The notes under the pieces were generated by a model, which was not told the DNA's origin, did not search any database, and saw nothing but the letters and a program-made list of their open reading frames with translations. This document shows, piece after piece, positions 26,799 through 37,810 of a DNA stretch of 64,000 nt; positions within the stretch are counted from its first letter, which is position 1; every line of letters starts with the position of its first letter. The stretch lies in assembly GCA_964351775.1 (NCBI GenBank), contig CAYGPQ010000005.1, positions 3,640 to 67,639 of the forward strand, written 5' to 3'. The position numbers were made by a program, and so were the translations under genes. Source of the stretch: an uncultured Kordia sp. (GTDB lineage: Bacteria; Bacteroidota; Bacteroidia; Flavobacteriales; Flavobacteriaceae).

Positions 26799-28036
26799 GA
26801 TATTAATTTTTGAGTTATTGCTTTTCTTTTTATAGGGCGTGATAGATTGTGTGTATTAGAATTTAATATCAACTCTAAATGAGCACAAGCATTATTAAAA
26901 TAATTGTATGCTTCTAATGGTGTTTCATAAGGGCTGAAGTATTTATGAACATCACCATCTGCCCAATATTTAGTACACATATAGTAAAAATGGTCTGATG
27001 TTGTCATCTTTTGCCACATGTTTTTAAGTATGGTTGAGTTACTTTCGTACACTGCCTGCTCTAAATCATAAATGCGCCTCAAGGCTTCATGTTGTATGGC
27101 ATTACTACGCCACGCAGATAAATCACGTTCTGTATCAGCCCATGAACTAATCTCTGACACATTATACTCACCTGTAATTGGATAGCTATCAATAACCTCA
27201 GATGGTGTTTTAAAATCAAAATCTGGATGTTTAAAAACGAAATCTGGCAGATTATATAAAAAGTCAAAAATTCCAGTTTCTGCCCATTGATGTTCTCCAA
27301 AAGTTTCGTAATCCATAAAAAGATTGATGGTATCTCCACATCCTGCTGCGCTATGTAGCCAGCTAGAAAATGTTTCTGCTTGTAATGGCCATTCTTTCCA
27401 ATTTTTATCCGAAAATCTAAATGCGATATCATCGCTTAGTTTAAAATTTTTCAACAATACAGGAAAAGAGGGATTTTCGGGTGGATGATGAATAAAGTTA
27501 GGTGATTTATATCCTAATAGCCACTCTACACCTTCGGCAATAATACCTTTATATCCCATCTCCGAAATGTAATTGGCAATATCATTATTATAAATAAGTT
27601 CAGTATTTCTAAAAACCTTAGGTTCAACATTAAATAATGCCTTTACTTTTAGTCTATGTTTTTCTACTTGTTTTTTAAATTCCTCTTTTGAATACAGAAA
27701 ACTTAAAGAATGATAATAGGTTTCAGATAATATTTCTACACAACCAGTATTCACCAAACGTTTATAAGATTCTAACACATCTGGTCGCCACTTTTCAAAT
27801 TGCTCCAGGGCTACACCAGAAATTGAAAAGCTAATTTTAAATTTACCTTTGTGTCTTTTTATGAGTTGATAAAATATCTCATTAGCTGGCAAATAACATT
27901 TCTCTGACACCTTATCTAGCACTTCTTTATTCTTTTTATCATCAAAAACATTGTGAGTGTATCCAATATCAAAAAAACTGTATTCTTTCAACCTGTAAGG
28001 CTGATGTACCTGAAAATAAAAGCAAATAGATGTCAT
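26795..28036 (-). CDS. Glycoside hydrolase family 57 protein
   Basis: QVHQPYRL, ETYYHS, FRNTEL, FMDYETFGEH. Confidence 0.93.
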   Translation of the reverse strand: MTSICFYFQVHQPYRLKEYSFFDIGYTHNVFDDKKNKEVLDKVSEKCYLPANEIFYQLIKRHKGKFKISFSISGVALEQFEKWRPDVLESYKRLVNTGCVEILSETYYHSLSFLYSKEEFKKQVEKHRLKVKALFNVEPKVFRNTELIYNNDIANYISEMGYKGIIAEGVEWLLGYKSPNFIHHPPENPSFPVLLKNFKLSDDIAFRFSDKNWKEWPLQAETFSSWLHSAAGCGDTINLFMDYETFGEHQWAETGIFDFLYNLPDFVFKHPDFDFKTPSEVIDSYPITGEYNVSEISSWADTERDLSAWRSNAIQHEALRRIYDLEQAVYESNSTILKNMWQKMTTSDHFYYMCTKYWADGDVHKYFSPYETPLEAYNYFNNACAHLELILNSNTHNLSRPIKRKAITQKLIS

Positions 28037-28042
28037 AATTCT

Positions 28043-29332
28043 TTAATTTAATATTCTACTGAATTCTCTTATAATTTTTTTAGCAGATTTGTCCCAACTA
28101 ATAGTATTCATCTCTGTTCTTTGAGTAGTCACCATATCTGCTCTTTGTTTATCACTATGCAGTAATTTGATGATTTGATGTGCAAATTGATCTGTATCCC
28201 AATGATTGGCTTGAAGTGCTGTTGTTAATACTTCTGAAGCACCTGATTGTTTAGTAATGACGCATGAAACACCTGCTCTAGCAGCTTCAAGAGCTGTTAA
28301 CCCAAAAGGCTCTGAAACAGATGGCATAAAATATATATCTGAAGTAGCCAATAGTGCATTGACTTTATCTTGTGAAATAAAGCCAGTAAATATTATGTAT
28401 CTACTCAGTTGATGATACGCTCCAGACATCATTAACCACTCCATACTATCACCAGAACCTGCAATTACAAAACGAACATTTTTATATTCTGAAACTACTT
28501 TTTTAATTGTTTCAAACAAAAAACCAGGGCCTTTTTGAGATGTTAAACGGCCAACAAACGTGACAATTTTTTGAGGTATTTTATGCGACCATCTATCTAT
28601 TTTAAGTTTCTCTATTGCGTTGTGGATTGGAACTATCTTGCTTTCAGAAATGCTATAATTTTTAATAATACAGTGTTTTGTATAGGCACTAACTGGAAAA
28701 ATTATATCTGCCTTTTCCATTGCATTTTTTTCTATGTTATAAATTTGGTTTTCACTTGTAGCTCCGGTCCGATCTGTTTCTAGTGCATGAACATGAAGTG
28801 CTAAAGGTTTTTTTGTTAACCATTTTACATGGCAACCTGCTTCAAAAGTGATCCAATCATGACAATGAATTATATCGAAAGTTAGATAGGTAGAAATCAA
28901 TCCTACCACTTCTTTAAACGCCTTCATTCTTTCCCACAAGCCCCAACCATACACTTCTTCAGATTTAAAAAGATCTAAATAATTAATGTGTTGCATTTGA
29001 TCCTCTTGATGACTATTGTTGCTTTTTATTGTCGTTTTGTCTATAAATGGGTAAACAGAATGATTTTGCGATACTTTAAAATGTATTAAAGTGTCCCTCA
29101 CTTCCTTTAATTGATGACTACTAAAGTCTTTATCAATTTCATTTAAACCATAGACTGTTACATTTTCATCTTTAGGTGTGTTTTCGTCCTTATATGGTAT
29201 AATGAGTTGAACATTGATATACTTGCTCAACGCCTTAACAATTCCATAAGTGGCTATAGCTAGACCTCCAACCATTCTTGGTGGATATTCCCAACCTATG
29301 ACTAAAACTGATTTGTTAGTTATATCAAACAC
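28043..29332 (-). CDS. GT4 glycosyltransferase (glycogen-synthase-like)
   Basis: GWEYPP..VGGL, HCHDW, SEPFGLTALEA. Confidence 0.9.
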   Translation of the reverse strand: MFDITNKSVLVIGWEYPPRMVGGLAIATYGIVKALSKYINVQLIIPYKDENTPKDENVTVYGLNEIDKDFSSHQLKEVRDTLIHFKVSQNHSVYPFIDKTTIKSNNSHQEDQMQHINYLDLFKSEEVYGWGLWERMKAFKEVVGLISTYLTFDIIHCHDWITFEAGCHVKWLTKKPLALHVHALETDRTGATSENQIYNIEKNAMEKADIIFPVSAYTKHCIIKNYSISESKIVPIHNAIEKLKIDRWSHKIPQKIVTFVGRLTSQKGPGFLFETIKKVVSEYKNVRFVIAGSGDSMEWLMMSGAYHQLSRYIIFTGFISQDKVNALLATSDIYFMPSVSEPFGLTALEAARAGVSCVITKQSGASEVLTTALQANHWDTDQFAHQIIKLLHSDKQRADMVTTQRTEMNTISWDKSAKKIIREFSRILN

Positions 29333-29347
29333 ACTTTCTTTTTTTAA

Positions 29348-30094
29348 TTAATAAATTTTGACTACGTCTGATTCTCCAAACATATTCTCGACAGTTAAAC
29401 TCAATGATTTTTCTTTGTAAAGTTCTCTTGGCACACTAATATCTCCGAGATATAGCTCACCAATTTTATCTTTTGCATCCTCTTTAAATAAACCAATTTT
29501 AGGCATTGCTAAAGTCAATGTAGCTGAGGCTTCGACTATTGGCTGATGTAAAGTTCCTGTTGTTAAATCTAAACCTGATGGTGTATCTAATGAAACAACA
29601 GCCGCTCTTTGACTATTAGCCCACTTAATCATAGTTTCAGCAGTTCCGAATGGGTTTCCTTTTAAGCTGTATCCAATAATACCATCTATGATTGCATCAA
29701 AATGATATTGTTTAGGCAGGTTGTTGCCTATTTCTATTTGTAATCCCATTCGCTTTAAAATTCTATATTGATGCTTAGGAATAGGTGCGAAATTTTCCTC
29801 GTTAGCAGTTACAAACACCCTAACCTTTGCTCCCCAAATATGAAGTCGTCTTGCAGCAACAAGTGCTCCACCTCCATTTCCTCCAGTTCCTGCCAAGACA
29901 ACAATTTGCTTTCCTTCAACATTACCTTCGCAAAATCGTTCTTTGGTTAAAATAGCTAAACATCGTCCTGCATTTTCCATCATCTGAATAAGCTGAATCC
30001 CATAATCTTCCATCATCAAACGGTCTACTTCAATCATTTGAGGTGTATCTATTTTATGATAATTTGATTGTATTGGCTTTATATATGTCTTCAT
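29348..30094 (-). CDS. nnrE: NAD(P)H-hydrate epimerase (stand-alone YjeF N-terminal domain)
   Basis: MMENAG, GTGGNGGGALVAARRL, SLDTPSG. Confidence 0.85.
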   Translation of the reverse strand: MKTYIKPIQSNYHKIDTPQMIEVDRLMMEDYGIQLIQMMENAGRCLAILTKERFCEGNVEGKQIVVLAGTGGNGGGALVAARRLHIWGAKVRVFVTANEENFAPIPKHQYRILKRMGLQIEIGNNLPKQYHFDAIIDGIIGYSLKGNPFGTAETMIKWANSQRAAVVSLDTPSGLDLTTGTLHQPIVEASATLTLAMPKIGLFKEDAKDKIGELYLGDISVPRELYKEKSLSLTVENMFGESDVVKIY

Positions 30095-30106
30095 TTCTTA
30101 TAGTGA

Positions 30107-30646
30107 TTATTCGTCATTATTGTTTCCGAAAGTGTAAAGCAATCCCAAAGACACAACACTTTCACCTAACTCTCCTGTTATAAAATGATACTCTACAAAA
30201 GGTTGAAATTTATTGAGCGGAACATGAAAACCTGCGCCAATATTAAATCCGAAACTATTTCGAGATTTAGTTTCTGTTGTATTGTTGTCAAACCTTGTTA
30301 ATTCTATTTGTTCTGAAGAATAATTAACTCCAAAGAGAGGATATGCTCCTAACTTTTCTTCAAACAATTCAAAAATGTAATGTGCATTGATGTTGGCTTC
30401 AAAAATGAAAATATCCTCTTTGTAGATTGTAGTTCTTATAGTTTTTGGGAAAGTAAATGTCAACTCTGGCCCAAAGCAGATATTCTCATTGAGGTTATAA
30501 TAACTTCTTAGGTTGAATCCCGGACTCTCAATAGATGTATTATATTCAAACGCAGCTCCAGCACTTATGCTCTGACCATAGCAAAAGACAGATGTCAAAA
30601 AAAGAAATCCACAGCCCAAACTATATTTTAAATCACTAACTCTCAT
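30107..30646 (-). CDS. Small outer-membrane beta-barrel protein
   Basis: Signal peptide, alternating aromatic strands, YTF near the C-terminus. Confidence 0.75.
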   Translation of the reverse strand: MRVSDLKYSLGCGFLFLTSVFCYGQSISAGAAFEYNTSIESPGFNLRSYYNLNENICFGPELTFTFPKTIRTTIYKEDIFIFEANINAHYIFELFEEKLGAYPLFGVNYSSEQIELTRFDNNTTETKSRNSFGFNIGAGFHVPLNKFQPFVEYHFITGELGESVVSLGLLYTFGNNNDE

Positions 30647-31326
30647 GACATGTTATAGATTTTGTAGATTGGCTTTCTCATCATCTTTCCTGCATCCGAT
30701 AATATAAATTTTACCGTATTTGCAACTTGTTGCGTCGGCACCCAATTTTCGAAATTAGCAGCTGGTATGGCGTTTCTAGTACCTTTGGTATCGAGTGTGC
30801 TAGGGACAATAATTGATGCCGAAACTCCTGTTGAGTTTGTTGATATATTTATAACATCAGCCAACTGTTTCAATAAAGATTTTGACATTGCATAAGCGAC
30901 CTCATTTTTAGCCTCTTCAGCATTAAAAGCCGCTCTGGAACTGATTAGAATAATTTGTAGTGATTTCTTCGCTGCCTCATTTAGCTTCAAAAGAGGTTGT
31001 ACTGCATTATAAGCAGTAGCAAAATTTAGCGCAATCATTTTATTTACATCTTCTATAGTAGTCTCATAAATAGAACCCACTGAAAATCCGCCGACAATAC
31101 ATATAAGTGCTTCAATATTTCCCTTCTTATTCTTAATAAACTTCTCTGATTCAGAAGCGTCCAACAAGTTTACTTTTTCACAACTCACTTGACTATGGGC
31201 TACACTAGATGCATCGTCTGTAGGCCCTAAAGTAATGTGTATTTCATAGCCTTCCTTAATAAGTAATTGTGTGACTGCTTGCCCTAAATTTCCAGCTCCT
31301 CCCGTTATGATTATAGATTTTTTCAT
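30643..31326 (-). CDS. SDR family oxidoreductase
   Basis: TGGAGNLG; YAMSK. Confidence 0.9.
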   Translation of the reverse strand: MKKSIIITGGAGNLGQAVTQLLIKEGYEIHITLGPTDDASSVAHSQVSCEKVNLLDASESEKFIKNKKGNIEALICIVGGFSVGSIYETTIEDVNKMIALNFATAYNAVQPLLKLNEAAKKSLQIILISSRAAFNAEEAKNEVAYAMSKSLLKQLADVINISTNSTGVSASIIVPSTLDTKGTRNAIPAANFENWVPTQQVANTVKFILSDAGKMMRKPIYKIYNMS

Positions 31327-32123
31327 AGTGAGTATGTGTCTTGTTTTTGAATATTATCTAGATGCGTTTTGCAATCGTCACAGTTTGCCGTTACGTAACA
31401 CTTTATGTTCTTTTTTTTCGATATTTTTAAATATATCTCTGTCGCTAGCCACATCCCTAATGCTGGTGCCAAGAAATACAACCAAACACTTGTCCATTCC
31501 CAAGCAGGAATTGCAGATGCAACTGTTCTAGCTGGATTAATACTCATACCGGAATGAGGTGCCTCAAATGTTATAAAAAGCGTTAATAAAATACCTGCAA
31601 AAATGGGTGTTAAAGATGCTAACTTTTCCACGTTACTAGTGTACAGCACAGTGATGAAAAGGATAAACGACAATGTAGCCTCTAAAGCAAAAGCAATTCC
31701 AATACCGTAACTTCCTGGAACGGTTATTGCATAATTTACTTGAGGAATAGCACTATAACTTTCAAAGAAAATCTGAAATAAAACTACACCGAGATAACCA
31801 CCTATAAACTGAAAAAGTATATAAAAAACTGCATTGGGTTTTGATATTTTTCCAAGTCTTAAAAACGATAATGTTACTGCTGGATTTAAATGCGCGCCTG
31901 ACTTTTTCCCCCAGGGCGAATACATTATACCAATAGCTGTTAAGCCCATGGCTATGCCAATGATAAATCTTCTTAACAAGGCATCATCAATTAGTGCTTG
32001 CTTAACTGGTGAATTTGGATGTTCTACCAAGATGGTAAATACAACTGCAGAAATCATAAAAGTTCCCAATCCCCAAGCTTCCATTAAATATTCTCGCCAA
32101 TATGTAGTCAAACTCTTTATCAT
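31323..32123 (-). CDS. MIP/aquaporin family channel
   Basis: SGAHLNPAVT and SINPAR motifs. Confidence 0.95.
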   Translation of the reverse strand: MIKSLTTYWREYLMEAWGLGTFMISAVVFTILVEHPNSPVKQALIDDALLRRFIIGIAMGLTAIGIMYSPWGKKSGAHLNPAVTLSFLRLGKISKPNAVFYILFQFIGGYLGVVLFQIFFESYSAIPQVNYAITVPGSYGIGIAFALEATLSFILFITVLYTSNVEKLASLTPIFAGILLTLFITFEAPHSGMSINPARTVASAIPAWEWTSVWLYFLAPALGMWLATEIYLKISKKKNIKCYVTANCDDCKTHLDNIQKQDTYSL

Positions 32124-32131
32124 ATTATCAA

Positions 32132-34087
32132 TTAAATAGCATGTAATTCATGACTAGCATATAATTTTACCAATGCAGCAACAGACCATGCCTGTTGCAC
32201 ACAGCCTCTACCTTGATTTGGATGTTCACCATCAAATATTTCGGAAATAGCGTGGATACAGTCTTGAGAATAAAAATGGTCTTGTAATGGTTTTAAAGCA
32301 TCAACCACTATCTTTTTATGCTTTAATTGGTAATTATTTACTTTTAAATACGCTTCCCAATATTCCATTAGCAGAAATGGCCAAACTGTACCTTGATGGT
32401 AAGCAGTATCTCTAGACCATTGATTGCCTCCGTAATGACCTATATAATGTTCGTTTTCAATATTTAATGTTCGTAAGCCATAATCTGTTAAGAGTTTATC
32501 TGAAATTAGGTTAGTGATAGTTTTTTCTTCTTTTTTGTTAAGTAGACTAAAAGGTAGACTGACCGCATATATTTGATTAGGCCTAAAGCTATCATCAACA
32601 TTATTTTTTGAAATAACCACATCATTTAGATAACCTTCTTCATTTAAAAAGTAAGTTTTAAAGTTCTTTTTAAAAGTTTTCTTAATCTTGATTATTTCAG
32701 CATCGCAATCCTTATTTAATTCTTTACAGAAGAATTCGTATATGCATAATGCATTATACCAAAGGGCATTTATTTCGACAGGACATCCTATTCTTGGTGT
32801 TACAACATAACCTTCAACTCTGGCATCCATCCAAGTTAGTTGCCATCCATCTTCACCACCAGAAATAAAACCTTCATCAGTAAGGTGAATATTATAACGT
32901 GTACCATCTATGTGATGTGCTAATACAAGTGCTAAATGTGGTGTTTTAGATTTAATAAAATCTCTATCACCAAACTTAATATAGTATTCATAGAGCGTAA
33001 CAAATAACCAAAGCGTGGCATCTATAGTGTTGTATTCAACCTCTTGACCATCATAATCTGGAAAACGGTTGGGCAGCATGCCTTGGTCTAAATATTTGAA
33101 GAATGTTGATAATATGGATTTTGATGTTTTCTGGTCACCAGCAGCAATAGTTAGTCCGCGCATGGCAATCATCGTATCTCTTCCCCAATCTGTAAACCAA
33201 TGGTAGCCTGCAATTATAGTTTTTGACTTTGTTGAAGCTCTATCGACTATAAATTGATTACCGGATTTTAATAAATCATTATAGAATGTAGATTTTATCT
33301 TTTTATCTGAAAGTGAATTATCAAAACTAGTAGCCTTCTTTTCTAGATTTGCATAGCGTTTAGAAACCATATCTGCATCTGTAGTAAAGGTTATTGAAAC
33401 AGATTCTCCTGGTTTTAAATTCACATTTAAAAAACCAATTCTGTAATAATCTTCAACAGCATCTTGCCCACGGTAGGCTTCTTTTGATAACTGAATATCT
33501 TTATACCATGCTCTGTGCTCTTGAAATCCTCCTTTAGACCAACTAAAATATAGTGCCGGACTATCTGGATATGAATGAATTTTTATCGATTTTTTATTGT
33601 TGTGCTCATAGTAATAATCAAAACTATTTTCATGAAAGGTAGAATGGTAATCTTTATCTTCAAATAATGGATGTAATTCTATTTCAAAGGCAGATTTCCC
33701 AGTATTCATATAGCAAACAACTGTAGTATTGCTTCCTTGAACCATGAACGTTTTTTTAGATAATTTCCAGTTTGTGTTTTCGTAATTCCACCTAGAAATT
33801 GGTCTTCTTTCAAAATCCACTAAAAACTGTTCACCTTTTGGATGGCTCGTATTAGGATATAAATTGACAGAGATATCATCTATGGCATCTCCTTGCTTAA
33901 CTCGCTCTTCAACTTTAGAAACCAATACCCTTCTTTCTGTTGGTGGATTAAAAGGTGCTACCAATAGACCATGATACTTTCTTGTATTTGCCCCTGTAAT
34001 TGAAGATGAAGCGTAACCACCTTGCCCATTGGTTTCTAACCATTCGATATCTAAAAGTTCTTCTAGTGCTTTGTTGTTTAATTTCAT
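32132..34087 (-). CDS. Amylo-alpha-1,6-glucosidase (glycogen debranching enzyme)
   Basis: EWLETNGQGGYAS, AGYHWFTDWGRDT, TWMDA, YHQGTVWP, QAWS. Confidence 0.93.
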   Translation of the reverse strand: MKLNNKALEELLDIEWLETNGQGGYASSSITGANTRKYHGLLVAPFNPPTERRVLVSKVEERVKQGDAIDDISVNLYPNTSHPKGEQFLVDFERRPISRWNYENTNWKLSKKTFMVQGSNTTVVCYMNTGKSAFEIELHPLFEDKDYHSTFHENSFDYYYEHNNKKSIKIHSYPDSPALYFSWSKGGFQEHRAWYKDIQLSKEAYRGQDAVEDYYRIGFLNVNLKPGESVSITFTTDADMVSKRYANLEKKATSFDNSLSDKKIKSTFYNDLLKSGNQFIVDRASTKSKTIIAGYHWFTDWGRDTMIAMRGLTIAAGDQKTSKSILSTFFKYLDQGMLPNRFPDYDGQEVEYNTIDATLWLFVTLYEYYIKFGDRDFIKSKTPHLALVLAHHIDGTRYNIHLTDEGFISGGEDGWQLTWMDARVEGYVVTPRIGCPVEINALWYNALCIYEFFCKELNKDCDAEIIKIKKTFKKNFKTYFLNEEGYLNDVVISKNNVDDSFRPNQIYAVSLPFSLLNKKEEKTITNLISDKLLTDYGLRTLNIENEHYIGHYGGNQWSRDTAYHQGTVWPFLLMEYWEAYLKVNNYQLKHKKIVVDALKPLQDHFYSQDCIHAISEIFDGEHPNQGRGCVQQAWSVAALVKLYASHELHAI

Positions 34088-34094
34088 GATTCAA

Positions 34095-35156
34095 TTATTT
34101 TAGCTTCACTCGTAAAAGTGTGTTGTCTGCGGTTATGTATAGTGTTGAAAAATTATCGTCAAAAGCACAATTAGAAACCCATTCGTCAGGTTTAATTTTG
34201 CCTAACAATTCAAAATCGGCGTTAAAAATCCAAAGTCCGCCAGGTCCAGCGGTAAAGATGTTTCCTTGAGCATCTACTTTGATTCCGTCAGGAAATCCAA
34301 TTTCTTTACCAATGAGTTGTGTTACGTTTAAAATTTCTTCTGATTCACCGAGTTCTCCATTTTCTGTTACTGAAAAAGAAAGCCATTGTGCATTATTGGC
34401 ATCTGTGTTAGCAACATACAATTTGGTTTCATCTGGATTGAACGCCAAACCGTTTGGTCTGCTGATTGATGAAGTCAGTAGTTTTAAATTACCATCTTTT
34501 GAAAACCTATAAACTCCTTGAAAATCGAGCTCTTTGTTTGGGTCGTCCATCATGGCTTCACTCAATCCGTAAGGTGGGTCTGTGAAATAGAGATTTCCTC
34601 TAGAATCATAAACCAAATCGTTAGGACTGTTCAATCGCTTGCCATCAAAATGGGATACCAATACCTTAAAGTTGTTATTTTGATTTTCTAAAGACTCATT
34701 TAATTGCACCACTTGTCGGTTTCCGTGTTGACAGATAATGAGGTTACCATCTAAATCTAACGTAAGCCCATTAGAACCACGTTCTCTACTATCTGTATCG
34801 TTTCCATCAAATCCAGAATTATTTAGATACAATTCCATACCATTGGTTTCAGTCCATTTCCAGATTTTATTTTCCTTTACGTCAGAACACAAAACCCATT
34901 TTTTTGATGGAATCCATAAAGGACCTTCTGCCCATTCTAGTGTATCTGATAACACTTCAATTTTGGCATCCTTCGGAATTATGGCATCGAATTCTGGATG
35001 TATACGTTCTATGTAACCTATGGTTTTATAAGTTTGCTTTGGATTCACATCATTAACGTCTTCTTTGCGTTGTTGGGTCTCATTTTTACACGAGCACAGC
35101 AGCAACACCAATATGATTGGCACTAAAAAAGATGTTATGTTATTTTCTTTTTTCAT
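34095..35156 (-). CDS. SMP-30/gluconolactonase family lipoprotein
   Basis: Lipobox LCSC; EGPLW, GSNGL, NSPND, PNGL, PDG. Confidence 0.9.
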   Translation of the reverse strand: MKKENNITSFLVPIILVLLLCSCKNETQQRKEDVNDVNPKQTYKTIGYIERIHPEFDAIIPKDAKIEVLSDTLEWAEGPLWIPSKKWVLCSDVKENKIWKWTETNGMELYLNNSGFDGNDTDSRERGSNGLTLDLDGNLIICQHGNRQVVQLNESLENQNNNFKVLVSHFDGKRLNSPNDLVYDSRGNLYFTDPPYGLSEAMMDDPNKELDFQGVYRFSKDGNLKLLTSSISRPNGLAFNPDETKLYVANTDANNAQWLSFSVTENGELGESEEILNVTQLIGKEIGFPDGIKVDAQGNIFTAGPGGLWIFNADFELLGKIKPDEWVSNCAFDDNFSTLYITADNTLLRVKLK

Positions 35157-35162
35157 AGTAAC

Positions 35163-37799
35163 TTATTCCCAACATGATTCGTCAATAAGATGTGCAACCA
35201 CACCTGTCCACCCAGTTTGATGGCTTGCGCCAACACCTCTTCCGTTGTCTCCATGAAAGTATTCATAGAACAATATTAAATCTTCAAAGTGCTCATCTCT
35301 GTACCAATCACTATGCAATGCATGCACAGGTCTATTTCCGTTTTCATCCTTTTTAAAGGTCTTGACCAATCGCTTGTTGAGCTCATTACTTAATTCTAAA
35401 AGATTGATTTTTTTCTTCTTCCCTAGGTTGTAGGATACTTTGAAATCGTTTCCATAATATTTGTGGTACTCTTTAAGAGATTGCACAAACAGAAAGTTCA
35501 TTGGCATCCAAATAGGGCCTCTCCAGTTTGAATTTCCTCCAAATAAATACGTTGAAGATTCAGCAGGATCGTACTTCACACTAAAGACTTTTCCATCCAG
35601 AATGATGGAATAGGGATTTTCATGAATTTTAGACAAGGCACGTATGCCATGAGGACTCAAGAACTCGTTTTCATCTAACAATGCCTTCAAAAGTTTTTCC
35701 ATGCGATGCTTCGGAACTAAAGACAGCAAAATGTCTTTATCGTCATGCAGTTCTTCAACCACAAGGTATTTATCGTGTTTTTTTCGGTAGTTTCTAAACC
35801 ACTTTAAGCTCTTCGAGAAGTTCTTTAGTTTTTTCAGTTTTTTATTCTCTAGTACCAATACTGAATTGAGTGTCATTAAACCTACTAGCGAGCGTACTTT
35901 TATTGGAATATAACTATCATTAGGTAAGACCAAAACATCATAGAAGAAGCCTTCGGCCTCATCCCAACTACCCATCCAATCGTCACCAATTCTATTAAGG
36001 GATGCTGCGATATACACAAAATGCTCAAAGAATTTCGTGCACATGTCTTCATAGCTAGCATCTTCCATTGAAATTTCCAAAGCTATTTGTAGCATATTTA
36101 GGGAATACATAGCCATCCAAGCAGTACCATCGGCTTGCTCTAAATAACCGCCTCCTGGTATCTGACTGCTTCTATCAAACACACCAATATTATCCAAACC
36201 TAGGAAACCACCTTCAAAAACGTTATTATCACTTCTATCTTTTCTATTTACCCACCACGTAAAGTTGAGGGACATTTTATTGAAGACACGTTTTAAAAAC
36301 TCTATATCTCCCTTACCTGTATTCTTTTTATCAATTTCATATACTTGATAAGCTGCCCAAGCTTGAACTGGCGGATTCACATCCGAAAATGCCCATTCAT
36401 AGGCCGGAATCTGACCATTAGGCGCCATGTACCATTCTTTTAAAATAAGCAGTAGCTGATTTTTAGCAAACTCTGCATCAATCATAGCAATTGGTACACA
36501 ATGAAACGCTAAATCCCAAGCTGCATACCACGGATACTCCCACTTATCTGGCATGGAAATGATGTCTTCGTTATTAAGTGTTAACCAGTTATTATTTCTA
36601 CCTGTTAATCGCTCTCTAGGTGGTTCTGGCTGTCCAGGATCGCCTTTGAGCCATGTTTCCATATCAATATTGAAATATTGCTTAGACCACATCATACCAG
36701 CAAAGGCTTGTCTTTGTATATTCTGGGTGTCTTTACAATCTCCTTTTTTAAATGGCTTATAAAATTCATCTGCCTCTTTTTGTCTTGCCGAAAAGTGCTT
36801 GTCAAAATCTGTAGTTAAAGAGGTCGTATTTTGAATGTCTTTTGAAAGACGAAGTCGTATTTCTTTTGATCCATTTGCAGAAATACTATATTGATATAAA
36901 GGTGAAAACTTTGTTCCCGAAGAAACAGCATCAGTCAACTCAAAATCATTATTAATGACTGCATCATGAAATAAATCTTTCACATAAGGACTTTGATTCT
37001 CTGTTCCAAAAAGTTTCTTTTTATTGGTTTCGTTATTGGTAAACAGCCATTTTTTTGGTGCATCAAAATGAAGATGATAGGCTCCTAATTTAGAATGCTT
37101 TACCTGGACAGAACCATACTTTTTTGTGCTCTTATTTTTGGTTATACTGTGTTCGCCTTCCGCTTGATTAAAAGACCATAAATTACGCATTAGCAATGTA
37201 GGTAATAGAGAAATTTCAGCAGCTTCCTTTCCACGATTGTGAACAGTAATCTTTATCAAAATGTCTTCATCATCAGCTTTGACGTATTCTGTAAAGACAT
37301 CAAAATAGCTGTTGTCGTTAAATACTCCTGTATCTAAAATCTCATACTCCAGATCGTCCTTTCCTCTATATCTGTTGGTTTCTACCAAATCACGATAGGG
37401 AAACTCGTTTTGAGGATATTTGTAGAGATGTTTCATGTATGAGTGCGTAGGTGTGCTATCTAAATAATAGTAAAGCTCCTTACAGTCCTCTCCATGGTTG
37501 CCCTCTGAACCTGTTAGACCAAACAAACGCTCTTTCAAAATAGGATCTTTCCCGTTCCACATCGCCACAGAAAAAGCAATGGCGCAATGCTTATCGGATA
37601 TTCCAGCGATACCATCTTCTCCCCATCGGTAAACCCTACTACGTGCATGATCGTGGGTGAAATAATCCCAAGCTTCGCCATGAGCACTATAATCTTCTCT
37701 AACAGTTCCCCATTGTCTCTCACTTATATACGGTCCCCATTCCAGCCATTTTTTTTTGCCTGAATAATGTTCTTTTAAACGTAGCTTTTCTGCATCCAT
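35163..37799 (-). CDS. MGH1-like / GH63-related glycoside hydrolase
   Basis: WGPYISERQWGTVREDYS, MPDKWEYPWYAAWD, GASHQTGWT; start moved to ATG 37799 to avoid overlap. Confidence 0.88.
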   Translation of the reverse strand: MDAEKLRLKEHYSGKKKWLEWGPYISERQWGTVREDYSAHGEAWDYFTHDHARSRVYRWGEDGIAGISDKHCAIAFSVAMWNGKDPILKERLFGLTGSEGNHGEDCKELYYYLDSTPTHSYMKHLYKYPQNEFPYRDLVETNRYRGKDDLEYEILDTGVFNDNSYFDVFTEYVKADDEDILIKITVHNRGKEAAEISLLPTLLMRNLWSFNQAEGEHSITKNKSTKKYGSVQVKHSKLGAYHLHFDAPKKWLFTNNETNKKKLFGTENQSPYVKDLFHDAVINNDFELTDAVSSGTKFSPLYQYSISANGSKEIRLRLSKDIQNTTSLTTDFDKHFSARQKEADEFYKPFKKGDCKDTQNIQRQAFAGMMWSKQYFNIDMETWLKGDPGQPEPPRERLTGRNNNWLTLNNEDIISMPDKWEYPWYAAWDLAFHCVPIAMIDAEFAKNQLLLILKEWYMAPNGQIPAYEWAFSDVNPPVQAWAAYQVYEIDKKNTGKGDIEFLKRVFNKMSLNFTWWVNRKDRSDNNVFEGGFLGLDNIGVFDRSSQIPGGGYLEQADGTAWMAMYSLNMLQIALEISMEDASYEDMCTKFFEHFVYIAASLNRIGDDWMGSWDEAEGFFYDVLVLPNDSYIPIKVRSLVGLMTLNSVLVLENKKLKKLKNFSKSLKWFRNYRKKHDKYLVVEELHDDKDILLSLVPKHRMEKLLKALLDENEFLSPHGIRALSKIHENPYSIILDGKVFSVKYDPAESSTYLFGGNSNWRGPIWMPMNFLFVQSLKEYHKYYGNDFKVSYNLGKKKKINLLELSNELNKRLVKTFKKDENGNRPVHALHSDWYRDEHFEDLILFYEYFHGDNGRGVGASHQTGWTGVVAHLIDESCWE

Positions 37800-37810
37800 A
37801 ATTTTCTTTT